A DNA stretch of 63,690 bases, filler included, from Octopus bimaculoides (GCF_001194135.2; 3 parts of 3 records of this genome joined end to end with filler, not necessarily neighbours in it), one strand, 5' to 3'; positions 50,196 through 61,096 are shown, counted from the first letter of the whole stretch. Numbers and translations are program-made. Notes: generated from the sequence alone by a model not told the origin.

Positions 50196-52010
50196 NNNNN
50201 NNNNNNNNNNNNNNNNNNNNNNNNNNNNNNNNNNNNNNNNNNNNNNNNNNNNNNNNNNNNNNNNNNNNNNNNNNNNNNNNNNATACATATATATATACAT
50301 ACATAAATACATACATACATGCATACATACATACATACATACATACATACATACATACATACATACATACGTATTATTGAATGTATGTATGTAAGACAAG
50401 CTTTTTTCAGTTTCCGTCTACCAAATCCACTCACAAGGATTTGATCGTCCCGAGGGTATAGTAGAAGACCCTTGCTATAGGTGCCACGCAGTGGAACTGA
50501 ACCCGGAACCATGTAGTAGGGAAGCGAGCTTCTTACCACACAGCCACGCTGTTGTAGGTTGACGTTAACCGTTCTGTTCCGCATCGGGAACAAGCTGCCT
50601 ACATGCCTGCACGCAGATTTCTTGCTAGCAGCTAGCAGTTACTGACACCTGCTGCCGTGACTTCCACTCCATCGCTTTGGAAGGTGAGTAAGGCATCTAA
50701 CATCACTCCCTCCTACCAGACTGCCTGTGTGAGCCTCCACACCAGGTACTCAAATGGTGTACAAAAACGCAATTTTCTTGAGAGCATGGTTTAAATTTGT
50801 TTACTAGACATACTCGACTAAAGGCGGTGCTCCAGCATGACCGCAGTCAAATGACTGAAACAAGTAAAAGGGTAAAAGAGTAAGAGTATATAATGATTGT
50901 AAATCAGTATAGGCATTTCATCTTATATACGCTACATCTGTGCTCTAACTAATTAATACGCAGGTTTCACTAGTCACAGCTTTGAGAACAACGTTGGTCT
51001 GGTAACGTTTATATTTTTACAACGTAAATTTTCTGTACTCTCAGCAACTAGGGAGAAAGTAAGAGAATCCTGACAAAGGTTTTAACGAAAATCGAAACCA
51101 GTAGATTGAAAGATTCGAGAATTCTCTCTCAAATTTTGTTCATAATATTATAGATTTTATGATATTATAAAATTGTTTACATTCTACTTTCAAGATTGAT
51201 TTTTTTTTTGTTTCTCCTGTTAATATTCTCCTTTACTATTTTACTTGTTTCAGTCATTTGACTGCGGCCATGCTGGAACATCGCCTTAAAGGGTTTTAGT
51301 CGAAGAAATCGAACCTAGGACTTATTTTCGTAAGCCTAGTAGGTATTCTAACGGTCTCTTTTGCCGAACCCCGAATTTACATTAACGCACCAGCATCGGT
51401 TGTCAATCTATGGCTGGGGGTCAAACACAGACACACACTCACACACATAAATACATAAATACACACATACACACACATACGGGCTTCTTTGAGTTTCTGT
51501 GCACCAGATCCACTCACAAGGATTTGGTCAGCTCGAGGTTATAGTAGAAGACACTTGCCCACGTTGCCATGCAGTGGACTGAACCCGGAACTATGTGGTT
51601 AGGAACATTGCCGGTATATGTAAATGAACTCAAGACTTCAAAGTATCTTCGACAGACAGTGTTCTTTATATACACACTAAAATATACTAATAAATGTAAA
51701 TATGTTATAGGTTTTCAATGTTATAAAAGAAGAACTTGGGTAACTCAGAGAAAGCATTTTTTGCTTTTAATGGTTTTGGATAAAACGAGTCTTTTTTCCC
51801 GTGAAGTATTAGTTGAGTTTAAGCGAAGTGCTAAAGAAAAAGTAGAAGAAAATAATGCAATTGATACGACGTCTGTATATGAGAAAATTATTTCTTACTG
51901 TTCGTAGCATCTTGCAATTCCTAGCGCGACATTTTCACAAAGACAAGTGGAGCATCCATCCTGCCAAGTGTGACCTTCTGGAATTATCTTACCGTTCACT
52001 AAACAGGAAC
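30272..52010 (-). CDS. Partial multi-exon gene encoding four tandem VWC-like (10-Cys) domains; similar in architecture to molluscan kielin/chordin-like or 'epidermal cell surface receptor'-like secreted proteins
   Basis: Eight exons joined by hand give one open frame: SCLVNGKIIPEGHTWQDGCSTCLCENVALGIARCYEQCSKVTVLPPNCRRIKDSNGCCEKIAC...GCLYKGEYHPEKSVWNDGCQLQCTCQNATSGTYECHQRCPIFEDLPNDCRLVDFPGEPCCVIPEC...GCVYTNGKKYKKGETWLDGCDYSCVCTNEESGAYICERRCSYLGRPPQGCRIVRDEDDDCCNTLQC...KCFYKGTAYAEGTTWHDGCSKSCVCENGKYGYYRCQDRCESFSHVPSSCTMEPDPLDSQCCKFPRC. All introns are GT-AG with phases alternating 2/1. Start and stop codons were not found. Confidence 0.9.
34344..34458 (-). CDS. VWC-like repeat 4, N-half exon
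   Basis: tcatatatccag|GG AAG TGC...CAA GAT AG|gtaatg; 115 nt; KCFYKGTAYAEGTTWHDGCSKSCVCENGKYGYYRCQD. Confidence 0.92.
35554..35684 (-). CDS. VWC-like repeat 3, C-half plus linker exon
   Basis: ttctactttag|A TGT TCA...GTC GCA G|gtatct; 131 nt; CSYLGRPPQGCRIVRDEDDDCCNTLQCLPSTASPDLSTPVHVA. Confidence 0.9.
36287..36668. mobile_element. Palindromic (foldback) MITE in a TA microsatellite; right end hidden in the gap
   Basis: 36438-36554 and 36557-36668 are near-perfect inverted repeats around a 2-nt centre; (TA)n lies on both sides of element plus gap. Confidence 0.75.
37335..38090 (+). mobile_element. Penelope-like element 3' fragment: GIY-YIG endonuclease plus terminal repeat
   Basis: Degenerate translation TCPYLLQGSDFVFKQEERFTIKTNFTCASEDMIYVINCSCCGYHYIG*TSR...CRQIPLSEHIERC...FTVFPFYPC...ERLNKETLFIEKYKTRLN* (IY...YIG motif with CxxC), followed by a hammerhead and a (TA)n end. 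Confidence 0.8.
38010..38066 (+). ncRNA. Type I hammerhead ribozyme motif in the terminal repeat of a Penelope-like element
   Basis: GGU-CUGAAGA-A-[ACGUC...GACGU stem II]-GAAA-CCC-A-GGG-UA^-ACC. All core nucleotides are present, stem III is palindromic (ACCC A GGGU), and stem I pairs GGU/ACC. Predicted cleavage is after 38063. Confidence 0.75.
39365..39482 (-). CDS. VWC-like repeat 3, N-half exon
   Basis: tgtattttag|GT GGC TGT...GAA AGG AG|gtaaat; 118 nt; GCVYTNGKKYKKGETWLDGCDYSCVCTNEESGAYICER. Confidence 0.92.
40121..40230 (+). ncRNA. Hammerhead-like motif with an extended stem II
   Basis: CUGAAGA-A-G (40128-40136)...C-GAAA-CAAUUG-UA^ (40211-40223). Stem III is the palindrome ACAAUUGU and stem II contains CAUCUAC/GUAGAUG. 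Stem I pairing is weak. Confidence 0.5.
40850..41650 (-). mobile_element. Highly degenerate CR1/L2-like RT C-terminus
   Basis: Only short motif remnants remain: RLECIQR and a frameshifted VIP-LWNVRPAHVF resembling the typical IPLWNxLP terminus. Confidence 0.35.
41780..42480 (+). mobile_element. Possible degenerate APE endonuclease of a LINE
   Basis: VYSPSLPLSEFF...VVLLSDFK resembles VYRPP...ILGDFN, with a later DDHQL resembling SDH; many stops. Confidence 0.3.
43383..43540 (-). CDS. VWC-like repeat 2, C-half plus linker exon
   Basis: ttttctatcag|G TGC CCC...CCT AAA G|gtgtgg; 158 nt; CPIFEDLPNDCRLVDFPGEPCCVIPECNSTHTIIPKYGKPKKGVGKVTSDPK. An alternative in-phase donor (TAT G|GTAAAC) exists about 45 nt earlier, so the 3' boundary is less certain. 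Confidence 0.85.
45814..45928 (-). CDS. VWC-like repeat 2, N-half exon
   Basis: ttataattttag|CG GGA TGC...CAT CAA AG|gtaata; 115 nt; GCLYKGEYHPEKSVWNDGCQLQCTCQNATSGTYECHQ. Confidence 0.92.
46045..47540 (+). mobile_element. 5'-truncated RLE-type retrotransposon (R4/Dong/Hero-like) between TAA/TGA repeats, containing an inverted RT segment at about 46600-46945
   Basis: DRKPRNLLTMRGARHPRADTARLY...GMGLISVED; WDWLMKGTLKK; YEHE...KILWDFPIQTDHVLEHNRPDLVV; IGALGTIPKNL...LLGTTRILRRILGI*; (TAA)n tail at about 47540-47602. Confidence 0.9.
47605..48005 (+). mobile_element. Second, diverged RLE 3' fragment directly after the TAA tail of the previous element
   Basis: KFEKYVCEIGSDMRVEHAQITAILEIVRILRLILRC*, then a 3' UTR ending in TAATAATAA and (GAT)n. 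Confidence 0.65.
48176..48351 (-). CDS. VWC-like repeat 1, C-half plus linker exon
   Basis: ttttcgttag|A TGT TCT...GAC ATT T|gtaagt; 176 nt; CSKVTVLPPNCRRIKDSNGCCEKIACTQGVLAGSNRGNSTGGNKLIHNSTHGLISKDI. Confidence 0.9.
51240..51610 (-). mobile_element. SINE family A, full copy (intronic)
   Basis: TTACTTGTTTCAGTCATTTGACTGCGGCCATGCTGG...GGACTGAACCCGGAAC. Confidence 0.85.
51899..52010 (-). CDS. VWC-like repeat 1, N-half exon
   Basis: attcaattag|GT TCC TGT TTA...TAC GAA CA|gtaaga; 112 nt; SCLVNGKIIPEGHTWQDGCSTCLCENVALGIARCYE. Confidence 0.9.
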
Positions 52011-52063
52011 CTAATTGAATAAGTAAATAAACAAACAAATAAATAAAAATATCAATAACTATG

Positions 52064-52129
<66 letters not shown>

Positions 52130-52152
52130 TTAATAATAATAATAATAATAAT

Positions 52153-52205
<53 letters not shown>

Positions 52206-52207
<2 letters not shown>

Positions 52208-52675
52208 GCCCTGTTTCAATACCAGGTAGTGGCTCTCATGGCTCCTAGTGTTATCATGGACATGTTTTGTCTTGGTATAAAAGATGGGCCACAGAAAATA
52301 CTCTGCTCAAAGCCACAGATATGCTTGTTTTTTTGATTGATCTTAACCAACTGAGCATGCCTCTTAGTAGCTGACGATACGGACATCTCTGTTCACAAGC
52401 AGGAGTGATATTGAGAGGAATTCTTTGGGAAACATAGCTGTTTCGCACATCATCCTTAAACGACCCTCATCCAGGGACCTTTTGAGCAGGATGGGACACT
52501 CGACCTGAAATATATTCTAACTGGGTCCCATCTGCAAAGACGAGCGCTGTTAATCTTGATATGAGATTGCCATGCCGGGCACATATGTTTGTGATGCATG
52601 TTACCTGGTTTATCCTTATCAGACTGGATTCTTGATGGGTATATTAGGCTTCGTATTTTTGTACCCCAGTGTCAC

Positions 52676-52676
<1 letters not shown>
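52206..52676. mobile_element. Non-coding interspersed element flanked on both sides by (TAA)n; partial inverted copy at about 28817-28945
   Basis: (TAA)n at about 52065-52205 and 52677-52742. The interior (GGGTCCCATCTGCAA, AACGACCCTCATCCAGGGACCTTTTGAGC) matches the reverse complement of 28840-28930. Confidence 0.65.
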
Positions 52677-52714
<38 letters not shown>

Positions 52715-53808
52715 CAACAACAACAACAACAACAATAATAATGGTGTCACATTTTAGCACAAGTCCAGCAATTTTGGGGGAATTCCGTTAGTCGATTAAA
52801 TCGACCCCAGTGCTCGGCTTGCACTTATTTTATCGACCCCGAAACGACGAAAGGCAAGGTCGACCTCGTCGGAATTTGAAAAGAAAAATATGACAATGAA
52901 ACAAATAGACACAAGCTACATTTTCAGGAATCAAATTACAATTTGATACGTGAAACACGAGAGAAACGATTTAAAACATTGGGAGGAATGTTTAACTTTG
53001 GTTTGTTATTGTTTGTATAGCCCTTCCGCCAAAAGAAAAAGAAAGGTTTGTCGAGGGGATACGATAAAATGTGTGGTTGGATGGGATCTGCAGATCCTGA
53101 TGTCACTCAAAAAATACAAAACGAGACCTGAGCAATTCTACCCTATAGTAGATGCAGAGAGAAATGATAAAACTATAGTGCGGAGAGTAAAATTTATCAT
53201 TAATATTCATTTGAGGGCTGACATTTGCCAGTGTAAGCACCACTGCATTGCACAGAGCCAATAGTTGTCTGGTACTGATATGATCTTGTAAGAAAAGATG
53301 GAATACTAAGTCGATACTGTTAGAGATGGAATTTTAGAGTGGAGCAGGAACGTATCTGAATACCAAAAAATGTTCTGATCATCACTTTGCTGATACCGCT
53401 AATAAGGATATAAAGAAACTAAATCGTTCGTTAGTATCGATTAAGAATTTTCTAATCGGAAATAGTAATCATATGAAAAATTAATGAGCGAAATTTTGAC
53501 TTAAGATCAAAGTGGAAATAACCAAATTGTCTAGTATGTATTTCCTACGTCTGTGTTAAGTGGAATAATTTAGAAACACTATGCGACATTAGAAGCGAAT
53601 TTCGGCTCATAATCTAAAAGTGGATATTCCAATACTGTCGTTTAATCGGCCTATTTCCTGAAAGCAAAACAATTATCGAAATCTTATTGCTGATCGCTTG
53701 GAAATTATGTCGATGTTTTATTTAATTTCCGTTCACTCAATTTCAACATACATTTCTTTCTTTGATGGTAATTTTATCTAACCATATATATATGTGTGTG
53801 TGTGCGTT

Positions 53809-53866
<58 letters not shown>

Positions 53867-54041
53867 NNNNNNNNNNNNNNNNNNNNNNNNNNNNNNNNNN
53901 NNNNNNNNNNNNNNNNNNNNNNNNNNNNNNNNNNNNNNNNNNNNNNNNNNNNNNNNNNNNNNNNNNNNNNNNNNNNNNNNNNNNNNNNNNNNNNNNNNNN
54001 NNNNNNNNNNNNNNNNNNNNNNNNNNNNNNNNNNNNNNNNC

Positions 54042-54076
<35 letters not shown>

Positions 54077-54807
54077 TTTTGTCTTTTCATCAAAATAGAT
54101 TCCAAAAATATTTTTTGGTATAGATAAGAACCTCCCTTTTATCTTTCTTTCTTTCCTCTCTTTCTTAAGTCCTCAACGCTTGATGGAATCGCAGAGAGAC
54201 ACCGTTGTGTCTTGATCATTTGTACTGCGTGAATTGGTTATTTAAAGACGAAGCTCATGCCTATCCATCTCTACATATTTCCGCCCCATTTTTCCACAAA
54301 CAGACAAAGAAACAAGCAGAAAGAAAGAAAGAAAGAAAGAAAGAAAAAAGAAAGAAAGAAAGAAACTGCCCTAGTACTGGTGATTTGATACTTGGAAAGT
54401 ATATAAAGCTAAATTAACCTTAGTGGTATTTGAATTCAGATCGTAGCTATCTGAAAGGAATACCACAACTTCTCCACCATCAAAACGGTTATTCCTTCCT
54501 AGAGATCCCTGCTTATAACTTATATAGCAGGGCCTCTGGGAGATGAGGAAGAACGAAAAAGAACAAAAATCAGCTCACAACTGGAGACTTGCTGGTAAAC
54601 ACGCAAGATGGTCGACAGATGAAATAATATACCACACAAAATGCTATGGTAATGTTATAGGGCCTCAGAGAGAATCCTTTTTGCTTGAGGCCTTAACTCT
54701 TCATACAGCTGTAGGACACATCATCCCGACACACGGCTCGTCTTGAGCTTTTTAAACTTAGCAGGATCCGCCTAACTCATAGCTCAGGTACAGTTGATTT
54801 TATGTAG

Positions 54808-54908
<101 letters not shown>

Positions 54909-57509
54909 AACTTCAGTACTTCATTGATACATATCCTAGTCACTACAAAAGACAAAAGGTAATGTTCACCTAGCTGAGATTTGAACTCAGAACACAGAGA
55001 ATTGGTGAGAACATTCTGTCCGACGCTTCAGTTACTTCACCAACACTCCCTCTTCAGACAGAATGCAGAGAATTTGTTTCCTTTTGCCATCTCTGGTTAG
55101 ATGCAAACAAAAATTATAGCGGAAAAGGAAACTGCGAGTTGTTGGTGTTCAAATCTTACCTGAAAACATTGGAGACTGATTCATGTGAAAGAATATTGAG
55201 ATTGAAAAGTAGTAATTCACTGTCTCTAAATCCCGACGAGTTCTTTCTTTAGTTACTTTATATCACAATTGGTGAACTATAGCGTCGCCGTTACAAGTTT
55301 GCAACTAATTACTAACTGGTTCAATGGATTTCTGGTGATAAATATGACATTTATAACACAGAAAAGAACAAATATCTGATGTTGTTCTTTTAATTTACAG
55401 CATTTGTCTCACAATTCATAAATACTACTTAGTTATTTCTTTTAAGAAGGCAAACATATGTCAAGAAAACAACTACTGCTTTATGCGACCGTTGATTACA
55501 TTACCTAACGTGTCCTTTCGGTATCTACGAGCGTAAATGTGAATTGAACAAGATTTCGCTGCTATTCTGGCACATGTTGTTTTCATTTAGATATGCGCCA
55601 CCTCGAATTAAATATATCTACATTCAAAGGTGTTCAATTGATTTCTAATCTTATTTAGCTTTTGCTTTATTCGTGTTTTGTAGCTATTTATGTAAGCTTT
55701 CTGTCAATCTTAATATTTTCATAGCACTACCGTAGATATTTTATAATAGTTTTCTAATTGCACTAAGCTCCTACCTTCCTCTGTTGGTAGTGCTTTTTCC
55801 ATATTAGTTTATCGGTGGTGTGTTTTAAGCACAAACATTATATTCCTGCCGTTGTTTTGTTTTGTTTTTTGTCTTTCTAGTTTTGCTAATTCATTTATCT
55901 TCCAATTAAGAACATTACACTCTAACTTATTGCAATAGCTAAAGTATAGATGCCTACTAACTTTTATTTATATTTACCTGTCCAAAGTATTAATTAGGTT
56001 TTTGATACCTATTTTCTGAACTCAAATCTTTTTTAGAGTACTAATCTAATTCTTCTGTAATATTCTTTCCTAGTATTTTCTTTTTATTTATTATGTGTAT
56101 GTGTGTGTATTGTCAATGTGTTTATTTGTGTGCTTGTGTGCGTGTATTTTATGTTGTCTAGAACATTGATTCTTCGTTATTTGTAGGTCTGAGTTTGATC
56201 TAATTAGCATGATATTAGTTTTCTTAATTAATTTTCTTCCCTTCGTCAGTGGTAGTATTATTAGCATTAGTATCTGTCTTTGTATTCCAGTCTTAATTGA
56301 GTTAAACTTCTTCTCTAATTTCTAATTATTTAACTTTTCAAATTCTTATTTTTCTTTAACTGACAAAGAATAGTATTATCATAAATAGAATTATCATTAT
56401 GGTCGTCATGATCTTCATCATTATAATTACAGCAGCTGCATCATCACCATCGTTGTAATCACTTTTTGATCAACATTAGCTTATTATTAGTCTATCATTT
56501 AAAGTAATGAAGGGCAAAATCGATAGAGAGACGGAAAGACGGGTTTTCTTGTATTTAATTATTTTCTAATTCCAGATTTTACCAAGGATTCCCATCCATC
56601 TTCATCCCCCAGAAGTCGTTAAAATACCAGCCACTTACTGGAATTTAATAATTTTGGATCCAGTTATACTATTACCTTCGTAATTGTACTTGTTACTAAG
56701 ATTATCCGCTTTGATATCGATATTATCATTGTTACAAACATAAACTTTGTTATAGATATTATCATTAATATAGCCATCCTTAATATCATTATGAACGTCA
56801 TTACACCCCGTTATTTTAATCTACTCCTTCATTATCTTCACTACTCCAATTCAACCACAATAGCTCCTTTTCCGTTATTGCTATTGTTTCTATTTTTTTG
56901 TCTTTTCAAATCTGTGAAAGTATTGTTGCTGATCCTGATAAATGCATAACTTTTAGCGGTGACGTCATGAGCACCACCGAGCTTCCCTTTAAAATCCTAT
57001 CTCTCTTTTCTAACCTCTCCATCTCTTTCATTTCTCGAGGGAGAATATTCTTGGTCAAATCACACAACTGTAGTGTGTGGGAATAGGGTATTTTTCAGAC
57101 CTCTCAGTATCAGTTCTCGAACATTCCAAGATTGGACTATGTTTTCGCTACTCGTTTCTCTGTGCATTAAGGACCTACTTATTGCTGCTTCCACAACAAA
57201 TAGTCCTACACAAATAATTACCATTCTTCATTGATTCTCAACCTATCATATACAAGCGCCATCTAAATCAACACCTCAGACACCTCGCATGACTTTGTAC
57301 TGTCCCTCTAAAACATCCTTCAATGAGCGACATAGACCCAGTGGTATCATTGGTATAAATATTAAAGAAACAGTCACGTCACCCATCAATCAATACATGA
57401 ACTGCACTAAATTAAAACCCTCTTAAGTTGTAACAAATGCGAGATTATACAATCTCAAATTATTATGGTGATATCACGTATTCACCATATGCGTCCGTAA
57501 TATTCTTTT

Positions 57510-57805
57510 CTACTCTAAGCACAAGGCCCGAAATTTTGGGGGAGAGGGGTCCAGTCGATTAGATCGACCCCAGTACGCAACTTGACTTATTGTTCCATAG
57601 TATTGTTTGGCATTTTATAGTATTGTCTGGCAATTTATTGATCTCGAAAGGATGAAAGGCAAAGTTGACCTCGGCGGAATTTGAACTCAGAACGTAACGG
57701 CAGACGAAATACCAGCGTGCTAACGTTTCTGCCCGGCGTGCTAACGTTTCTGCCCGGCGTGCTAACGTTTCGCCCGGCGTGCTAACGTTTTTGCCAGCTC
57801 GCCGC
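57510..57805 (-). mobile_element. SINE family B with a 4x tandem amplification of a 21-bp head segment
   Basis: GGCGTGCTAACGTTTCTGCCC is repeated at about 57715-57795. Confidence 0.85.
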
Positions 57806-58014
57806 CTTTATGTGTCCGTAATGTTATTTACAAATATTTCTTACATTTGTGTGTATGCATGTATATGCTTTACATTGTTTAATGCATTGTGTTCTGAATA
57901 TTTGTATGTCGGTGTTTAGTCTGATTTTCTTACCTCCGTTTCTTTACCTAGATTGTTATTGTTTTTGATTATCTTTTCTTTTGTTCCTTTACTACTATTA
58001 TTACGTGGAGGTGT

Positions 58015-58435
58015 TATGGCGGCGAGCTAGTGGAATCTTCATAACGCATCGGAGAAAATGCTTAGTGACATTTCTTCTGGCTTTACGTTCAGAGTTGAAA
58101 TGCTGCAGAAGTCAACTTTTCCTTTCATTCTTTCGGAGGCGATAAAATAAGAACCATTTGGACACTGGAATCGATGTAATCGACTACTGCCTCCCCGGTT
58201 TTGTGCCTATGGGATAAATGAGCGGGGAAGACTGACAGAATCGTTACCGTGTAGGACAAGAGCCTTGGCGGCATTTCTTCTCGTTCTTTTTATTTTGAGT
58301 TCAAATTTCGCCAATATGAACTTTGTCTTTTATAATTTGGGGGTCGATGAAATAAGTATGAGTTGAGCACTGGAGTCGATGTAATTGATTAATCCCTTCC
58401 CCGAAATTTTCTGGCCTTGAACCGAAATTAGGAAC
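58015..58435 (+). mobile_element. Two diverged SINE family B copies
   Basis: GGCGAGCTAGTGGAATC...GAGTTGAAAT and GAGTTCAAATTTCGCC...GGGGTCGATGAAATAAGTA. Confidence 0.7.
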
Positions 58436-58884
58436 AATTATTTGGGCATGTCAAAATGGCGCCCAACTCTATGCCAAACAATACTATAAAACAATAAGTA
58501 AAGTAAATACTTTAAGCTGAAGTAAGTCACACTTTGGGTATTGATGACATGCCAAGGATAGTACTGCTGCCACTCCTGTACATACTTGTGAGGCTATATC
58601 CTAAAGTAGGTGATAAGGGTGATTATCAAAAGTCACTGGCTATGATAAAAGTAGCAGTGGGAAGTCCCAACAACGCCAAGAAAAACAACAAGTATGAACA
58701 GGAACAACAACAACAACAACAACAACAACAAAAACAAGAAAAAGAAACAAGAGCAAGTAGAAAAAGAACAACGCCACCACCACTATCAACAACAACAGAA
58801 AAGTAGAAACAAGGAAAAGGCAAAAGAAGGAAGATGATGAAGAAAAAAAACGAAGAAAGAACGAAGAAAAGTGAACGGAGACAG

Positions 58885-58990
58885 AGAAGAAGAAGAAGAA
58901 GAAAAAGAAGAAGAAGAAGAAGAAGAAGAAGAAGAAGAAGAAGAAGAAGAAGAAGAAGAAGAAGAAGAAGAAGAAGAAGAAGAAGAAGAA
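58885..58990. repeat. (AGA)n microsatellite; many other (TA)n, (CA)n, (GA)n, (TAA)n, (TAG)n, (CATA)n and (GATA)n tracts occur throughout the window
   Basis: Seen directly. Confidence 0.95.
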
Positions 58991-59091
58991 CGTGGAGGAT
59001 AAATAATTTCAAATCGGAGGTAGTTGTGTCTCGTGGCAAATTAAAAACACACACCAATAATGGAAGATATAATTAATAAAAACTGACTTAC

Positions 59092-59115
59092 CTTTCAATG
59101 GCGTCATAGAAGTCG
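59092..59115 (-). CDS. Candidate 24-nt microexon (xTSMTPLK/G) upstream of the first VWC exon
   Basis: Acceptor ttttaacacttttctttggcag and donor AAG|GTAAGT are both strong. The exon is phase 1 to phase 1, has no stop, and joins in frame to exon 52010. Confidence 0.55.
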
Positions 59116-59204
59116 CTGCCAAAGAAAAGTGTTAAAAGCAACTATTAGAATTTAATTTTCATGTATAGTATATAACTTTCTTTTATATAACTCATACTAA
59201 GACA

Positions 59205-59515
59205 CTAATTTCCTTACCGAACACCACTATTATAATATAACACTAATTTCATTTTACAACACTAATGCTGAAACGCTAGTAACCTAACGCTAATTTCTGT
59301 CGATACTGTTAGCACAATAGCACTAATTTTCTTTTATAACACTAATACTACTAATACTATAACACAAATTTCCCTTTATAACATTAATTTTCTTTAGCAA
59401 CACTTATACTACAACACTAATTTCATTCATAACACTGATACTACAACATTAATTCCCTTTTATAAAACTAATGCAATAACGCTAGTACAATAACACTAAT
59501 AATATAACACTGTTT
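59205..59515. repeat. Degenerate AACACTAAT array
   Basis: More than ten imperfect (T/C)AACACTAAT motifs with irregular spacers. Confidence 0.7.
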
Positions 59516-60766
59516 TCCTTTTATATTTTTGTAATTGATATTTCTATTTATATATATTTAATGTCGTAAGACAGCGAAATGGTTTATATTATAAATGATA
59601 CATTGGATGCAGACGGCAATAGGAGCAGAGTCGTAAGAATGTCATCAGAAATGGTATTTGATATTGTCCCTTTTGTTCTAAGTTCAAATTGTACCGTTAC
59701 CGACTTTGAGTTCTTTTTTTTTTATCTGATAAAATAAGTACCTTTAATATACTACGGTTGTTTCTACCATCCAGAGTGCATGACTTAATATGTTACAGTA
59801 TTCTTTTACCTATGATCTTGTTTCAAAAATCCCCACTAGAACCGAGTTTCATTTTCGTCACTTTCAAATTAATATAATAAATATAAGATAATGGCTGCGA
59901 GCGGGAAGAATCGTTAGAGCATCAGAAGAAATAAATGCCTTGTGGTATTTCTTCCGGCAATTTACGTTGAGTTTAATTCTTGCCGTCGTCACCTTCGCCA
60001 TTAATCTGTCCAGAGTCGATACAATAAAAAACGAGTCAATCGTATCGACTTAACCTCTCCCCTCAAAATCGCAAGCTTTGTGCCTAAATTAGAAAACATA
60101 TTAAAATAATATCTATTACGTGTTGCTCTATTTCTATACGTGATATAATCCCGAGTTTTTAATATTTTAATTCTCTTATTAATATTTAACTCACAAGTTT
60201 TAGCTTATTTAATTAATTTAGTTAATATTACATAAGCCTTTAAATTATTTTTTAAATCACTACGTTTAACGTCCTGCATCGACATTATTTTAAAAAGGGT
60301 AATAAAAAAGATAATAAAGTCTAAGTAGACCGATAATTGGAATTCCATAACTGTAAGCAAAAGTAATCGTATATTAACATCCGATTGAAATTACATTTAT
60401 ATGATACTTAATACAAGACAGATTTAAATTATCATTAAAAAAATACGTTATGCAATTTACAATGTAATGTTGGTTTCAAATTGTGACCCAAGGCCAGTAG
60501 TTTCTGAGCTTATGGTAAGTCGATTACATCGACCCCAGTGTTTTGTCCGTATTTAGGTTCCGAGTTCAATCCACCGAAGTCAACTTTGCATTCTATCATT
60601 TTGGGATCGATAAATAAGTACCAGCTGAGACGTGGTTCGATGTGATCGACATACCTAGTCCCCTGAACGTGCTGACTTTGTGCCACAATTTGAAACTAAT
60701 ATTCCCTTAAGTTCTAATAGATTTTAATTTATTTTACAGATTAGTCATACATACATACGTACATAC

Positions 60767-60802
<36 letters not shown>

Positions 60803-61021
60803 GTGTGTTTGTATGGGTGTATGTGTGTTTATGCGTGTGTATCTATGTACGTCTAAACAGTCTTTCATATTTTTATTTATTTTTTACATGTAATCTGTGA
60901 AACAACTAAACCCAGGATTCANNNNNNNNNNNNNNNNNNNNNNNNNNNNNNNNNNNNNNNNNNNNTTAATTAATTAANNNNNNNNNNNNNNNNNNNNNNN
61001 NNNNNNNNNNNNNNNNNNNNN

Positions 61022-61096
<75 letters not shown>

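Noticed and set aside
55160-55260. Possible extra phase-1 exon ending at a strong GTAAGA donor (KERTRRDLETVNYYF...PMFS)
   Set aside because: The available acceptors are purine-rich and weak, and there are stops just upstream in all frames; it cannot be supported without RNA data.
56900-57350. Possible degenerate Penelope RT C-terminal region
   Set aside because: Only faint motif resemblance (PIIYKR) with many stops; too weak to call.
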